From: a virus
IMG/VR virus record: IMGVR_UViG_3300045988_170943
Coordinates: 1-64,000 of that record
DNA length: 64,000 nt
Direction: 5' to 3' (one strand)
In this document: piece by piece, positions 29,447 through 39,532 of the stretch
Layout: each line of letters starts with the position of its first letter
Numbering within the stretch: position 1 is the stretch's first letter
The notes under the pieces: model-generated
What the model saw: only the letters and a program-made list of their open reading frames with translations
Databases searched by the model: none
What the model was told of the DNA's origin: nothing
Made by a program: the position numbers and the translations under genes

Positions 29447-30040
29447 GTGGCAAAGGAGAGAAACGTGGCCGACAACATCATTAGTGAAATCCGTGAGCAG
29501 GCATCCATGCTACCAGGCCACAAGGTGAAGTGGAAGAAAAGAGGCGTCTCCGTCACGGACACCTTCACCCATGAGGACATGACTGTGCAGGTCACCTATG
29601 ACACTGACTACCGGGCCCTCAATGAGCCGCCAGGAGTACGCTCATGGGTGACCAGTATCAGGTTGCACCACCCAGACCTTGACCTACAGGACGGGTGGAG
29701 TGAGATCGGGCTCGGGTACTCCACCAGATTCCTCAACAAGCAGTGCAGCCTCCTGGCCGAGTACGCCACCATCTACAGGCTATTGGAGTCCGCCGGTTTG
29801 CGAGCGGTCTGCAAGACGTACCTTCCTGTAGTTGTAGGCTCCAGGGGCAGGGACTACGCCTTGGCCATCCGTAGTGACAGAATCGAAATTCTCCCCTCCG
29901 GCGGCACTCAGGACGAAGATGCCACCCTTAAGGAGGATACGCTCCTAGTGCCTGGTATCGCAGAAGCACTTCGCGGATACTGTCAGGAATCCAACAGGAT
30001 CATCCAGGTGGTTACAAGATACGGCACCATTAGAGTATGA
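29447..30040 (+). CDS. hypothetical protein; single-copy version of the repeat domain found twice in 30679..31854
   Basis: Shares PGH(K/E)V.W...(D/T)(T/S)FTH..M.VQV.Y and HPDL.L...WS..GLGY with the next large gene. An alternative GTG start at 29465 with RBS AAGGAGAG is possible. Confidence 0.5.
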   Translation: MAKERNVADNIISEIREQASMLPGHKVKWKKRGVSVTDTFTHEDMTVQVTYDTDYRALNEPPGVRSWVTSIRLHHPDLDLQDGWSEIGLGYSTRFLNKQCSLLAEYATIYRLLESAGLRAVCKTYLPVVVGSRGRDYALAIRSDRIEILPSGGTQDEDATLKEDTLLVPGIAEALRGYCQESNRIIQVVTRYGTIRV

Positions 30041-30111
30041 TGCGCTGGTTACCAGAAGCAACTATCTCCTGACAGTTTTGAGTCACCATCAAACAGAAAC
30101 GAAGAGTCACC

Positions 30112-30549
30112 ATGGGCATGTATGAGAATACCCCATACGGGCACATTCGCAACAGCACGAATGGTACGCTCACATGGGGGAGTGCCGACAGTGAAGTGAA
30201 CCCCGCCCTGGCTGGTGACCGTGACCGCATCAACCTAGACGCTGTTCACAGGTGCGGCACACTCAGGCACCTTATGCGTAGAGGCGGGTGCGAGATTAAC
30301 GCCGTGACGGTTGAGGTAGAGTGCTTTGAAATCATGGAGGCACTGGGTTTGCCCGTCAACTTCGACGAGTACGGCGTTTTTGTCACCACCCCCATGGGCA
30401 CCCAGTACCGTATCAACGGATGTGACACGGGTGGGCAGGTCGCTATCCTGGATGCGAGCGGACACAAGGATCCAGGCCTCATTGAGCAGGTCAGCCAGGT
30501 AGTATTCAAGATCACTGGCCGCGATGCTGTCTATTCCGCTCTACTATGA
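30112..30549 (+). CDS. hypothetical protein (145 aa)
   Basis: ORF track entry with an ATG start. Confidence 0.45.
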   Translation: MGMYENTPYGHIRNSTNGTLTWGSADSEVNPALAGDRDRINLDAVHRCGTLRHLMRRGGCEINAVTVEVECFEIMEALGLPVNFDEYGVFVTTPMGTQYRINGCDTGGQVAILDASGHKDPGLIEQVSQVVFKITGRDAVYSALL

Positions 30550-30678
30550 TCTACTGATGTGATCAGGTAGGGCCGCATCCTTCGGGAAGGACCCTAGATC
30601 ACTGACACCAACAACTATAAGCCACGTCCGCAATATGCGGCAGAAACGACCAACAAGAGCACAAGGAGAAACCAGACA

Positions 30679-31854
30679 ATGGACACTAATGCGGCGAAGG
30701 CGGCCATCCAAGAAGCATACGATAAGGCGGTCACTAAGGAAGGCCACACGGTCGATTGGGTCACAGGGCGCACAGGTGAAGCGTTCACAGACGCATACGA
30801 CCTGGACCGTCTAGAGGTCGTCATCGTCTATGACATTGACATGCCGCCAGGCGGCCCCTTTATGGACCTAGCGCTTCATCGCGGGGCGTGGACTCTGATC
30901 TGTGTGCAGCACAAGGACCGGGGCTTCAGGATCCATCTGGCACGCGAAGGCATCGGCTACAAAGACCATGACCTTCAGTACGTCATTGATGGGGTAAGCA
31001 CTGCTGCCAGCATCTATGAGGCGTTCCTGGCGGACCCACAGTTGCAGGGGAGAACTGGCCGCAACCCAGACGCACCTGTCTTCGTAGATGACAATGGTGT
31101 GGAGTACAACATCAACCCTTGCGGTCTCCGTAACTATGTGTCGGTTTACTCGAAGGCAAGTACTTACGATCAAGATCTGGTGGACCATGCGCTAGAGATC
31201 ATCCGGGAGGCGTCAGGTAAAGAGGTCAGGTACGGCAACTTCCCTCCCAATGGGGACAAACCTGAGAGCCACCCGGAGACATCCTTGACGGTATGGGGTG
31301 ACATCATCCAAGCCATGTACGACATCGCATCAGAAACACCCGGACATGAGGCCGTGTGGGTGCGTGACGGCATCGAGTTCTGTGACTCTTTCACACACAT
31401 GGGCATGAACGTTCAGGTCAAATACACGATTGACGACATCCTGTCCGTGTTCATCAAAGAGGATCCAATGATCACTAAGATCAAGGTCACCCACCCGGAC
31501 CTGAATCTTAACCGCGAATGGAGCAGGAGCGGCCTAGGGTACCCGAACAGCACCCTGGACACCCTGTGTGAGGCACTACGGGCGCGCGCTGACCTGTACC
31601 AGGCTGTCAAGGAGGCAGAGTTCATGGTCGCATGTAATGGGAATAGTCTAGTTGTCATGGGGCCACGCTCTGAGATGTATGACCTGACGATCACCCCGGA
31701 AGCCATCGAAGTCACCCCCGACGAGGAGAGTTTCACAGTGGCTGGGGTCCGTGAGGTTGACAAGCCTTTGTTGACCTATTTGGGGCAAGCACTTCACAAG
31801 TGCGCTTCCGGGCACAACCGCAGTGTTTACGTCCGCCGAAACGTGTTCGCCTAG
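30679..31854 (+). CDS. hypothetical protein (391 aa) with internal tandem duplication; C-terminus contains LLTYLG
   Basis: The N-terminal half (GHTVDWVTGRTGEAFTDAYD...VVIVYD) and C-terminal half (GHEAVWVRDGIEFCDSFTH...VQVKYT) are homologous to each other and to 29447..30040. RBS AAGGAGAAACC before the ATG. Confidence 0.55.
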   Translation: MDTNAAKAAIQEAYDKAVTKEGHTVDWVTGRTGEAFTDAYDLDRLEVVIVYDIDMPPGGPFMDLALHRGAWTLICVQHKDRGFRIHLAREGIGYKDHDLQYVIDGVSTAASIYEAFLADPQLQGRTGRNPDAPVFVDDNGVEYNINPCGLRNYVSVYSKASTYDQDLVDHALEIIREASGKEVRYGNFPPNGDKPESHPETSLTVWGDIIQAMYDIASETPGHEAVWVRDGIEFCDSFTHMGMNVQVKYTIDDILSVFIKEDPMITKIKVTHPDLNLNREWSRSGLGYPNSTLDTLCEALRARADLYQAVKEAEFMVACNGNSLVVMGPRSEMYDLTITPEAIEVTPDEESFTVAGVREVDKPLLTYLGQALHKCASGHNRSVYVRRNVFA

Positions 31855-32064
31855 CAGACTGGGCGAGCCCACAACCCCTCACCTTGTTGCGTTAGTTCTG
31901 CTGGTGTGAGGGGTGAGTTGCGGGCCTGTAGGGGCCACTGGGGGCAGAAAAGGGGTCCGGCCTGACTCGAATCCGTATCTGAGTCAGGCCGGACCCTTCG
32001 CACGCTCTACACCCCTCTCTGGGCGCATGTTAGGGGAGGGTGCGTTTCGGTCCCCGTTACAGGA

Positions 32065-33126
32065 TCATGCGGCCCCCAGGGCGGCGAGCAAGGTTGTGAC
32101 AAGCACGGTCGCCCCATTGTAGGTGGCGTGCAACCCATAGGCGCCCCAGATGTGCTTTTGCTTCAGCACCAGGAGACTGTTGACAAACCCGACCAGCCCC
32201 GTCCAGATGACGATGAACCAGTCTGACACGCTATTGAACCCTTGTGCGTGGGCGAGCCCGAACCAGACGGTAGCGAACAGGACACCCAAGAACCTCGCCG
32301 CCCTGGGGTTCTTGATGCCGGTCTGGAACGAGGACAGGATCATGCCTCGGTAGAACATCTCCTCCAGTAACGGGATAATGAACGGGGTTGCCACATACCA
32401 GAGGAATACACGCCACCCGCCGGTGAGGCCACTCAGGGAAGCGGCCGTGGTGCTGGAGGACATCTTGACGCCCATGGTGACGAGCCCGTAGTTAGCCAAC
32501 TGGAGTGCCAACCACATTCCGGCACCGGCGAGCACACCGAGCCCCAGGTGTTTAAGGTTGAACCCTTTCACCTGTAGGAACTCCCGCCACTTGCTGACGC
32601 TCCCAGTGACCGCCGCTGTCGCCCCCACCATAACGGCCAGTTCCGCGACAGTGACCGCCAGGAGGAGACTCTGGATGCTGGCAGGGTTGCCACCGAGGAT
32701 AGCGACCAGGACAGTGACAGGGATGGCGGCGACAGCGAGCCACAGGAACGCCCCGTACCCGGTGATGAGCGCGGGGATACGTTTCCATCTGCTGCGTTCC
32801 GCTCGCTGCCTTGTCAGGATCAGGGCACCCATGGGGTCTACTGGGGGTATACACCAGGCCTGGGGTGTGTCTGATGGGGATACTCCAGGTTGCTGGCCAG
32901 GCACAAGGGGGATGGTTGAGGCCGGTGATGGTGTGTCTGATGGCGGCAGCGCAGCCGGGGCGACATCGACTTCTGACTGGTTGCGCGCTTGAGACACGTC
33001 TGATGGGGGCTGATTTGGTATCGTGCTATCTGACACTGGCTTATTCCTTAGGTGTGGGTTCAGAAACGGATGTACGGCAGAGAGTATCGGTGAGCGATGC
33101 CCTGTTACTCCTCGCCGCACCTGCAC
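32065..33126 (-). CDS. CPBP-family intramembrane metalloprotease (CAAX protease/Abi-type)
   Basis: Carries the canonical motifs EEMFYRG (EExxxR), FGLAHA (FxxxH) and HATYN (HxxxN), with multiple TM helices. The Pro-rich N-terminal 98 aa may not be translated; an alternative start is at 32832. Confidence 0.7.
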   Translation of the reverse strand: MQVRRGVTGHRSPILSAVHPFLNPHLRNKPVSDSTIPNQPPSDVSQARNQSEVDVAPAALPPSDTPSPASTIPLVPGQQPGVSPSDTPQAWCIPPVDPMGALILTRQRAERSRWKRIPALITGYGAFLWLAVAAIPVTVLVAILGGNPASIQSLLLAVTVAELAVMVGATAAVTGSVSKWREFLQVKGFNLKHLGLGVLAGAGMWLALQLANYGLVTMGVKMSSSTTAASLSGLTGGWRVFLWYVATPFIIPLLEEMFYRGMILSSFQTGIKNPRAARFLGVLFATVWFGLAHAQGFNSVSDWFIVIWTGLVGFVNSLLVLKQKHIWGAYGLHATYNGATVLVTTLLAALGAA

Positions 33127-33630
33127 TCAGGCTACCTACAAGCATGGGCGGCCAGGTCGGTTAGTCGTCTAGTCCGATCGTCTAGTTTTCTCGTATCCTT
33201 GCTAAAAGCACAGAGTGGCGACTACAGCGATACGCAGTCGCTATGACGGAAGCAACCCAGATGGAGGTGAACTAGGTCACACGGGTTGAGGCGAGCACTA
33301 ACTAGCGACCCAGCGGCACAAGGGCAGTGCGATCAGGAAGGTAGAGGGCCAGGCACACTCACCGACGTCTTTCTCTTTGATGATGCTTGGGTGGGGCGCG
33401 TTCTGGCTGGGCGGTCTGGCACCTGGCACTGTGGGTAGTGGTGTATTCAAGGCGTGTGAGGGGGCGGCGAGAGATATGGGGCTTGCTTTGTGCTTAAGGT
33501 CACGTCATACTCTTGTTGTGTGTTTTCTGCTTGATGGTGTACCGTGTAGGTGAACGTGAGTCATTTAGTATCAGTGCCGAGTGTGTGCGCTGATGCTGGC
33601 TCATCAAGATTTCGAGAAGGAGCAGAAGAG

Positions 33631-33954
33631 ATGAGTAAGAGCGACATTCCTGCTATGTTCTATCGTGTCAAGCGGGTTCTCGCGGACTGTTTTCCTGGGG
33701 CTGAGGTTGAGCACTCCTATGTGCCTGAGAGTCCTGAGAATTATGGCGGCCATACTGCTTCAGTTCGTGATGGCAGGTTCTCTGTTATGGCGGGAGTAAG
33801 TAAGAATTTCGTCGTTGTTCTTTCTGTTTTTTATGTGGGCTATGCTTACAAGGTTACCTCTTCTGCACTTTCAGATCCTTCCAGTAAGGAGATTCGTGAG
33901 TGCCTGGTTGAGTTGTGTACTGAGTCGTTCAGGAAGTACTGCCTGGATCAGTAG
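33631..33954 (+). CDS. hypothetical protein (107 aa); paralog of 48787..49137
   Basis: Internal ATG with RBS GAAGGAGCAGAAGAG. Shares ...DC(F/M)PGA...ES/EAF(R/K)KYC with the distant copy. Confidence 0.5.
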   Translation: MSKSDIPAMFYRVKRVLADCFPGAEVEHSYVPESPENYGGHTASVRDGRFSVMAGVSKNFVVVLSVFYVGYAYKVTSSALSDPSSKEIRECLVELCTESFRKYCLDQ

Positions 33955-33977
33955 CGTTTCTTCGAGAGGATAACGGC

Positions 33978-34388
33978 ATGTCTGTTGAGGATTGGGGCGG
34001 GGCTCCGTTTCAGGTTGTAGTGACCTGGGCGTCAGGTGAGCGTGACGTGTACACTTTTGAGGCTAAGAACAGGGACGTTCTTAAGAGGGAGATGCTGCGT
34101 GTGCTTGATGCTGACGTGGACAGTTTTCCTTCTGTGTGGGAGCGTTCTTGCGAGGCTCTTGGAGCCAGGATTGAACCATGTGGTTTTGAGTCAGATCGGG
34201 AGGGCTTTACCATCTCAGTTGACTTGAGTGCTGGTAGTGTTCCTTACGTTCACGGAATGGCGGTTAGATGGGAGTTAGACTGCGAGGTGATCCAGTGGCT
34301 TAACCGACACGATCTCATGGATGCTATGGGTGATGGCTCTGATTTGTTCTGCAATATTGCGGACTACTGGACGGAAAATGGTGAGTAG
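33978..34388 (+). CDS. hypothetical protein (136 aa)
   Basis: ORF track entry with RBS GAGAGGATAACGGC. Confidence 0.5.
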   Translation: MSVEDWGGAPFQVVVTWASGERDVYTFEAKNRDVLKREMLRVLDADVDSFPSVWERSCEALGARIEPCGFESDREGFTISVDLSAGSVPYVHGMAVRWELDCEVIQWLNRHDLMDAMGDGSDLFCNIADYWTENGE

Positions 34389-34731
34389 TGATCTCGGGCG
34401 TCGTATTGTCACGGCTCGACTAACACCAAGAGCATGCAGTGTCTTTTTGGGGTGCTGAAGGCTGTTCTACACTCTTTGTTCTTGGTGGCGGTTTTGTACT
34501 GCTAATGTCACCCGCCTCTTCACCGGGCGGGCTGGAGAGACATCGGCAGTGGGAGGAGTGCCCCAGCACCATGAGGCCACTCCTCCCACTGCCGCATACT
34601 GGAGGGTGGCGAGTTATGTTTGTGGTGCGGCTCATATGTGTTTAGGGTTGTGCCAGGCGCTTCGGGTGATGTAGTGTTGAGTCGTCAAGTTGGGGACCGT
34701 AAGGCCCAGGATGAGAGCAGAGGAAGATAGC

Positions 34732-35391
34732 ATGGACGTCAGGTCCGTTAACATCGACACTCAGGGCGGGTTCGTTACAGGGGTCCAGGATAGTAACTGG
34801 AAGGACATTGACAATCCTCCTGCACACGTCATGGAAGTCGCTTCAGCAGTTAGTAAGGTGACTGACGGGTGGACACAGTTGTCAGTTATTGAGGATTCCG
34901 ACATCCCTTATGTTTTGGCTTTTGTACCCATGAAGACAGTAGGGGTTGTCAGTAAGGAGTTTTACCTGGCAATTGACTGCTATTCCCATGAAAATATTCC
35001 CATCATGATGCATCTTAAAATTGTTCCCGGACCGACTCCCGAACCCGTTATGACCTACACCATGTTACCTGTTGGCGGTGAGTTTGTCAACGTCAAAGGC
35101 GACATTGACCGTCTAGTGCGACGTTTCAGCACTCTGTGGGACATGCAGGAAGTCATGACAGCATCAATTGGTAATGAAGAGATTGTCTTCTTCGACGGTG
35201 AGAACATTGAGAAGATCAAGGTGTACGCCAAGGAGAACTCTCCTGAGGTTATTATCTACCAGGACAACCCTAAGAAGGAGATCATCGACAAGGTTGCTGG
35301 GATCTTCAAGGGTCACACCGTCCATGTGGGGGATGATGGCGTCACTGTACTTCTTGATCTGAAGGAGGACAGTCGTGTTTGTGCTGGGTGA
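34732..35391 (+). CDS. hypothetical protein (219 aa)
   Basis: Internal ATG with RBS AGAGGAAGATAGC. Confidence 0.5.
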   Translation: MDVRSVNIDTQGGFVTGVQDSNWKDIDNPPAHVMEVASAVSKVTDGWTQLSVIEDSDIPYVLAFVPMKTVGVVSKEFYLAIDCYSHENIPIMMHLKIVPGPTPEPVMTYTMLPVGGEFVNVKGDIDRLVRRFSTLWDMQEVMTASIGNEEIVFFDGENIEKIKVYAKENSPEVIIYQDNPKKEIIDKVAGIFKGHTVHVGDDGVTVLLDLKEDSRVCAG

Positions 35392-36382
35392 GGTCACCAA
35401 GATGATGACACCTGATGACGTGGTGGTTTTCCTTAACAGGGTGACCCGTTATGATCAAATCCCCACTGACATGGATGGTTTGCTTGAGAGTGTTCGTAGT
35501 GGATCCTTGTCGCTGTACAAGTTCGATGAGGATGCCACTCTTATGGTGAACACCGTGAGTCAGTGGTTCGGCGAGGGTGAAATTGTCTCGGTGGTCCTGA
35601 GGACACAGGGTAAGAGGGTTGTTTACACTCTTTCTGAGGTCAACAGTGTCACGGGATCGTCCTTGACGTGGTGGTGGCGACGTTTCAAGACTGCTGACTA
35701 CAGACCGCTTATGGAGGCGGTTGAGCAGGGTAGGGGTATCCAGTACCGTCTGCTTGAGGCACGGGACAACAGGTTCATGGTTCAGGAGGCGGTTCAGGTC
35801 GCCTGGAATACAGCCAGAGAGATTCCAGGCGACTACTCGCTACAGTTCTTCAGGAAAGTGTTTGAAGGCTTTGGAAGTAGCGTAGACATCAGGCCCTTGC
35901 ATACGTGGCAGCCGCTTGATGACTGCGATCCACAGGAATGGAATGACTTTCTTGAGAATGGGGGTGATGTCAGGATCAGAGGCAAGGATACAGTCGTGAG
36001 AGTTGGGGACAAGTTCACTGACGGGCATATCTCCTGGTGGAAGACTCTCATTCAGGGCTCAGATTTACTGAGGGTGCTTCAAGTTGCCAAGGCGAGCGGT
36101 GTGATGTCCTCCCCTGACAGGTTCTCCTACCGCAACCTTTACCGTCATGCCGAGGGATACCGTGAGGACCTATCAGACGTTAGTGCTGCCCGGAATGATG
36201 CTGCGCTCTCCCAGAACGGCCGAGTGCACATTGTTGACATGTTCGTCACAGTAAGGGACGCCAGTCCTGTCGTGTACATGCTGTCGAATCATGGCGGGCG
36301 CTACGACTGGCGGGAGTTCAACGACCTGGGTGTTATCTCTTCTTATCTTCACCGGGTGGGCTGGCGAGACAGTAACCAGTAG
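35375..36382 (+). CDS. hypothetical protein (335 aa)
   Basis: GTG start with RBS GAAGGAGGAC at -5. Overlaps the upstream stop by 17 nt. Confidence 0.5.
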   Translation: MFVLGEVTKMMTPDDVVVFLNRVTRYDQIPTDMDGLLESVRSGSLSLYKFDEDATLMVNTVSQWFGEGEIVSVVLRTQGKRVVYTLSEVNSVTGSSLTWWWRRFKTADYRPLMEAVEQGRGIQYRLLEARDNRFMVQEAVQVAWNTAREIPGDYSLQFFRKVFEGFGSSVDIRPLHTWQPLDDCDPQEWNDFLENGGDVRIRGKDTVVRVGDKFTDGHISWWKTLIQGSDLLRVLQVAKASGVMSSPDRFSYRNLYRHAEGYREDLSDVSAARNDAALSQNGRVHIVDMFVTVRDASPVVYMLSNHGGRYDWREFNDLGVISSYLHRVGWRDSNQ

Positions 36383-36400
36383 GCCCAGCCGCCCCCATTT

Positions 36401-36492
36401 GCGTGTGGTTCAGTTCACATGCTCACTGGCTTGCGTGTTCTGTCTTGTTGGGGGTATGGTTGAGTCATCGCCAGAGGGAAGAGCCCGCTGGC
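36401..36492 (+). promoter_or_regulatory. promoter-leader cassette copy (GCGTGTGGTTCAGTTCAC, CTTGCGT, TATGGT, TGAGTCATCGCCAGAGGGAAGAGCCC)
   Basis: Near-consensus copy, 21 nt upstream of the ATG at 36513. Confidence 0.6.
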
Positions 36493-36512
36493 AGGACTCG
36501 GAGGAGAGTACT

Positions 36513-36920
36513 ATGGGCCTTAACCACGTGATTATTTCGGGTTGGGTTGTTGCCAACATTACTACTGATGACGCTAATAAGCGGGCGAACGCTTTTCGTG
36601 ACGCCTGCCGGAAGCGTTCCGAGTACGCCCAGATCGATGTTAATGTTGAGGATAAGGGCGGCCTCCCTAGTAGGATCCAGTTTATGGTGACAGGGGACTC
36701 CGATTCCCTGACGGATGACCTTAATGACCTGGTTGAGTCCACTATTACGGCAGGTCTTAACATTCAGGACCATTTTGTTCGGGGAACTTTATCAGTGACA
36801 GATCTTCGTCAGGTCAAGATGGGTGCTATTCCGGCGATGGCGGTCTATGGTTTTGACTTTGATGGTAAGGTTAAGGCTAGGGTTGAGGTATGCCCTAATG
36901 GCAGGGTTATCAGGGACTAG
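36513..36920 (+). CDS. hypothetical protein (135 aa)
   Basis: Internal ATG (75th codon of ORF 36291..36920) with RBS GGAGGAGAG, directly behind the cassette. Confidence 0.55.
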   Translation: MGLNHVIISGWVVANITTDDANKRANAFRDACRKRSEYAQIDVNVEDKGGLPSRIQFMVTGDSDSLTDDLNDLVESTITAGLNIQDHFVRGTLSVTDLRQVKMGAIPAMAVYGFDFDGKVKARVEVCPNGRVIRD

Positions 36921-37052
36921 TTCTGCGTCCTGTTGTCAAACCGCCTTGTGGACAGTGTTGGACTACTGTCCACAAGGCGGTTTCGTTCTTGATATGTGTG
37001 TTCAGTGTTTCAGCAGTAGACGTTTTGTTGGACACGAAGAGCACACGCATGG

Positions 37053-37147
37053 GTGTGGCCTGTTTCACTTGCTGCGGGGTTGCGTGGGCTGTTACAGGTG
37101 CTCTAGTATTGAGTCATCAGCCAAGGGCAACAGGTCCGAGGCACGAG
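37053..37147 (+). promoter_or_regulatory. promoter-leader cassette copy (GTGTGGCCTGTTTCAC, TTGCGT, TAGTAT, TGAGTCATCAGCCAAGGGCAACAGG)
   Basis: Copy lying upstream of the ATG at 37165. Confidence 0.55.
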
Positions 37148-37164
37148 TCCTATAGGAGGACAAG

Positions 37165-37563
37165 ATGAACGCCATGGCCGCCACCGCCGAGAAGACCACC
37201 ACTATCTCTGTGAATGAGATGCGTGACTATGTTTTGAATGTCGTCAATGGTGACGGTTCTCTTTTCGTCTGGGGGATTATGAACCTTCCCAGCGACATTG
37301 TGCCAGAGTTCGGCATGTACGCTCCGATTGTGGATCAGGGGCGCACGAAGCGCCTTCGGCGAATGACGAAGGAGGAGAACCTGTTCGTTCTCTCTAGCAA
37401 GGAGCGACCTGGCTCAGTCAAGATCGTAGTCAAGAACGCTGATGGTTACTGGAGTGAGCATGGGGCGATTCTGGACCCGGTTCATTTCACCACGGAGGGC
37501 CTGGATGAGGTCTACGACGCCTGGAAGGATGATGCTGATCAGGAGTCCGAGGAGTGGGCGTGA
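37165..37563 (+). CDS. hypothetical protein (132 aa)
   Basis: RBS ATAGGAGGACAAG before the ATG. Confidence 0.55.
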   Translation: MNAMAATAEKTTTISVNEMRDYVLNVVNGDGSLFVWGIMNLPSDIVPEFGMYAPIVDQGRTKRLRRMTKEENLFVLSSKERPGSVKIVVKNADGYWSEHGAILDPVHFTTEGLDEVYDAWKDDADQESEEWA

Positions 37564-37873
37564 CTTGTTGCACCCTGTTTCGTTCCTAGTGGGGGGTGGG
37601 CGTAGCCTTCTTGCCCCTGGCAATAAGAGTCGTGGTGGATGGCACGCTGAAGTATGTGTGTCACCTACCACGACTCTTGCGTTCTTCTGGTGGGTGCTTG
37701 CTGGTGTCGTTTCTGGATGCTCTTATGTTGGGGTGCTGTGACTGTCGTATCGGGGCTGCCTCGATGGTTTGTGGATCTGGGGCGGTAGAGAGTCGAGCCT
37801 GTTCTCTCCTGAAGGGGGCAGGAACCAACGAGCGAGACCCGCGGCAGGAACGGGGTGTATCCGTAGCAAGAGA

Positions 37874-37960
37874 GTGTGTGGCTCAGTTCACTCCCCTTTG
37901 AGGTTGTGTGGTCTCGTTCAGGTGCGTATAGTTGTGTCTGCCAGAGAGGAAGAGCGTAAG
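37874..37960 (+). promoter_or_regulatory. promoter-leader cassette copy (GTGTGTGGCTCAGTTCAC, GGTTGTG, TATAGT, leader TGTGTCTGCCAGAGAGGAAGAGCG)
   Basis: Copy lying upstream of the ATG at 37994. Confidence 0.6.
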
Positions 37961-37993
37961 GCTCTCCTCGCAGATTGAAGGGAAAGAGCAGCA

Positions 37994-38410
37994 ATGACCA
38001 CCAACTCGGTCTATGGGAGCATTGACGCATACATGGATCGCTCTGACCTGAAGCCTCTGATCGACGACCTGATGAGGGCTCTTGGCGCTGGAGCCCAGGT
38101 CACCGTAGAGAAGTACAGGGATCGTCACCATTCTGTCGTGTTCTCTCTGCTGACTGGTGAGGACATTGATCAGGCAGCGGTCATGGATGCTGTTCGCGCC
38201 ATCACGGAGGGCCGGGTTAGCAGGGGTGTCGTGTACTTCGTTGATCTGCGTGGCATGAGGTCAGGCATGTCACCTGAGATCACCTTGTTTGACCTGTCTC
38301 GTTCTTCGAGTGCCGTCGTTGAGGGAACCTGGTTCGGGGTGAGTGCTCAGGCTGAGGACTTTCTTGAGCCGGATTACTCTGTTGTGCACTACAGTGAGAT
38401 GCCCTGGTAA
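37994..38410 (+). CDS. hypothetical protein (138 aa)
   Basis: ORF track entry with RBS GAAGGGAAAGAGCAGC. Confidence 0.55.
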   Translation: MTTNSVYGSIDAYMDRSDLKPLIDDLMRALGAGAQVTVEKYRDRHHSVVFSLLTGEDIDQAAVMDAVRAITEGRVSRGVVYFVDLRGMRSGMSPEITLFDLSRSSSAVVEGTWFGVSAQAEDFLEPDYSVVHYSEMPW

Positions 38411-38560
38411 GGGCTGGTACGTATGGTGTGCGCTTTCGCCATGAAGAATACCATTATCTGGTTCTGCTAGAGGAAGAGGATCATGTTTTCATCGGTTGTG
38501 TCGGCTGGCACTGTTTTTACTCCAGGGGATGGTGCAGGTAGTATTGTCTCTTAATGGGCG

Positions 38561-39028
38561 ATGGTTGTGGTAGCGACTTTAGGTTTTGTCTTTGCTTTGA
38601 TAGCGGTTTTGATTCTTATAGCCGGGCACAAGATTGAGGATCCTAAAGAGAACATGGTGGCCCTTATGACTTTCCTTGCCGTCTTTGTTGCTGCCGACTT
38701 CTGTTTCTCGAGGGCAAGCGTATTCTATCGGCAGTCGTTTCCAGGTGAATCAACTGTTGAGGGCACTGTCGTCAAAGTCATGGACGTTGGGTCTGATGGT
38801 GCCGAACTGCTGTTTGACGACGGCAAGTCGGTGCGCATGTACAATTCGGGGAACGATTTGAAGGACGTTCAGGGTCTAAGAGTTCTTCTGACGTGTGACA
38901 CAAACAAAAACACCAACGACAGTTTCGATGACATCAACAAGTGCGAGTATGAGAAGGTTGTTTCAATTCCTTCCTCCACCCCTAGTGGGAGCAGTGGCGA
39001 GGTTCAGCAAAAGCACAATTCGAACTGA
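38561..39028 (+). CDS. 2-TM membrane protein with Cys-containing soluble domain (155 aa); weak paralog of 48126..48626
   Basis: N-terminal TMs VVVATLGFVFALIAVLILIAG and LMTFLAVFVAADFCF. The C-terminal pattern LLTCDTNK...CEYEK parallels VLKCDYDK...CDLSG. Confidence 0.5.
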   Translation: MVVVATLGFVFALIAVLILIAGHKIEDPKENMVALMTFLAVFVAADFCFSRASVFYRQSFPGESTVEGTVVKVMDVGSDGAELLFDDGKSVRMYNSGNDLKDVQGLRVLLTCDTNKNTNDSFDDINKCEYEKVVSIPSSTPSGSSGEVQQKHNSN

Positions 39029-39271
39029 AGAGAGTAGTGTGCACAGGGTAATTGTGCTTTGCTTCTTTAGGTGCAAAGTAGGTCAAGGTCGCCTTCGTCT
39101 GGTATTAGGTGGTTGGGTTGCCACATATATAGTGGCAACCAGGTCATTCCCCATAATGCCCTGTGTAACCCAGTTCACTGATCATCGTGTTGACTTCGTT
39201 CCTGATTCGATCATATACTTAAACCATCGCAAGACACACAGGGTGACTTGCAGCAATTGTAGGAGATAGAA

Positions 39272-39481
39272 ATGAGTATTGCTGTTGAGACGACTCAGAA
39301 GTTTTTTGAAGGTGTCGAGGAGGCTGCTAAGAACGGACAGGTTTTCAGCCAGGACGCTGGTATTGATGATGGTCTTGTACTGACTGTTAGTCCTGACGGT
39401 GGCGCTGTATGTCACCTTTTCAGAGAGCAGGTGGCTACCCTCCCTGCTGGCAGCACCCCGGATGAGGTGCTTGCCTTCTAG
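39272..39481 (+). CDS. hypothetical protein (69 aa)
   Basis: RBS GTAGGAGATAGAA before the ATG. Confidence 0.45.
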   Translation: MSIAVETTQKFFEGVEEAAKNGQVFSQDAGIDDGLVLTVSPDGGAVCHLFREQVATLPAGSTPDEVLAF

Positions 39482-39532
39482 TCTGAGTCTGTCCGCAAGT
39501 TTGCTCCATCCTACAGTGAGGCTGCCGGAACG

